Origin: Sphyrna mokarran
Lineage: Eukaryota
Length of the DNA stretch: 63,927 bases
Direction of reading: 5' to 3'
Assembly (NCBI GenBank): GCA_024679065.1
Contig: JAGIQG010000043.1
Coordinates: 992,074 to 1,056,000, forward strand
The first letter of the stretch is position 1. Every line of letters starts with the position of its first letter. The notes under the pieces are model-generated. The model searched no databases, was not told the DNA's origin, and was given only the letters and a program-made list of their open reading frames with translations. This document shows positions 62,301-63,927 of this stretch, piece by piece. A program made the translations under genes and the position numbers.

Positions 62301-63927
62301 TCTATCACTCCAGTGGACATTAGAACATAGAACATTACAGCGCAGTCTATGCCCTTCGGCCCTTGATGTTGTGCCAACCAGTGAAACCAATCCAATGACC
62401 CTCCCCGCTAAACTATTCTAATGTGATCAATATGCCAATCCGCTGTCCATTTGAACGACCTTAAAGTTGGCGAGTCCACAACTGCTGAAAACAAGGCATT
62501 CCACGCTCTTACTACCCTCTGAGTAAGGAACCTACCTCTGACATCTATCTTATAATTAGCAGCCCTCAATTTAAAGTGTTTCAAGCATTAAGTGTTTCTT
62601 TCTATTTGGTCTCAGTTTGAATCGATGATTCAGTTGCACTGCAGAACGCGTGGGAGGTTTTCCAACCCTAGGGAATGTTGCAGGGGATAAGAATAGTGGT
62701 TAAGTGAAAAGATGCAACTGATGAATCGAGGAAGGTGTTCAAATGGGAGCAAATCATTGACTGTTGATCACATGGATGCCTATATTTTCAACAATGCAGA
62801 GTGAAATGAGCAAAAAAAAACATGGAGAACGGGGAAGGATCTTTCGGGTGTAGAGAATATGTGTTTATTACTGTGACTTTCGAAGATTAAGGAACAATCT
62901 GATTTTCCTTAAATAGCAGAATAACATAATTAGGATTGACAGAGAGTAACAATTTCCTCTGGGAATGGTGCGAATATCCAGAAGAGAAGCTTCAAAATTG
63001 TGTGCAGTTAGCCTAAATCCAAGGTATTATATTTGTTTTGGGCATTATAATGATCGTAAGATGTTTCATTCTCAGCATGATTTAATTGACCCACTCGGAA
63101 TCTTTAATCAAACAAAGTTTATTTAAGAAAAAAAGTGAGAAATATAACAAACAGAAGTCGCTGAACTTTCACCAATTATAAGATTTAAATATCATACCGT
63201 ATACTATTAACAGCGATCTATATCTGTTGCTCCAATTTAAAGATTTCTTCTATGTAACCTTCCTCAGAATTGTTTAACACAAAAACACGTTACCTCACGC
63301 GATACTAGATTTCCAGCCATTAATACCAATCAATAGAAATCCAAACAACAGTTTTCAGAGAAGTATATATACACAAGACAGCAAAATAATTACATAAATC
63401 TAGTTTCATCAGCTTTGAGATTTCAGATCTTCGGGATTAAGAGAATAACTCTCTCTCTCTTTCTCTTCCTCTCTGCAGCTTCCAGAACAGCAACACTCAG
63501 AAAGCAGAATCTATAACACCAGAGAAGGGTCAGAACTGATGGTTCTATCTCAAGTCCAAACATTTAAATAGCAATGAAATTGGAATTTTCTGTGAAAGAT
63601 CCGTTGTTCACGATCATATGACCTGAGCCGCACTGACCAAGTTGCTCTGCAAGCCCAAGGGAACACACACAAGAAAACAGATTGCTGCATTAGTTCAGAT
63701 TGAAAAAAGGCATAATAACAAGTTCGATGTCTCAATAACAATGGAAGATGCCGTTGCAGACAAAAGTTCGCATAAGATGCCAAGGACTGTGAGAGACATC
63801 CTGCAGATCAACATGATTAAAACACATTAGTTCGAGGCACGGCAGCGTCACTGTGGGCTGAGTCAAGAAAATGTGGATGGGTGTAGTGGGGAGTGGCGGC
63901 CGGCGGCTGGCATATGATGTTTCTAGA

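Larger units (their letters stand above)
46368..63910 (+). repeat. Segmental duplication, copy B (runs to the window end)
   Basis: Direct paralog of 11445-33720. Confidence 0.93.

Noticed and set aside
46368-63910. Duplication as a pure haplotype-duplication assembly artefact
   Set aside because: Flank divergence is too high and there are seven copy-specific insertions; only the central high-identity block needs read-level checking

Overview
Vertebrate genomic DNA, very probably from a shark, judged from HE1-type and SacSINE1-like SINEs and dense CR1/HER1-type LINEs. Almost all long ORFs in the track are CR1 fragments. Between the repeats I could assemble by hand an intact-looking 8-exon immunoglobulin-superfamily receptor gene (copy A, 15522-24483, +, 341 aa). 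It encodes a leader, a V domain with a germline-joined J-like FGDGT motif and no RSS, a C1 domain, an uncharged TM with a membrane-proximal Cys, and a cytoplasmic tail with a YASL motif. It therefore looks like a non-rearranging antigen-receptor-like (VJ-C1) gene. The gene lies in a direct segmental duplication (~11445-33720 vs ~46368-window end). Copy B (50821-56767) keeps open leader, V and C1 exons, but its C1 splice donor is mutated, part of its cytoplasmic region is deleted and its tyrosine motif is lost. Between the copies, on the minus strand, are orphan TM and cytoplasmic exons of a different receptor. I could not find that gene's 5' half; it may have been lost at a CR1-rich junction. 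The region reads as a birth-and-death cluster of possibly paired, non-rearranging immune receptors. All alignments and identities were estimated by eye and no database searches were run.
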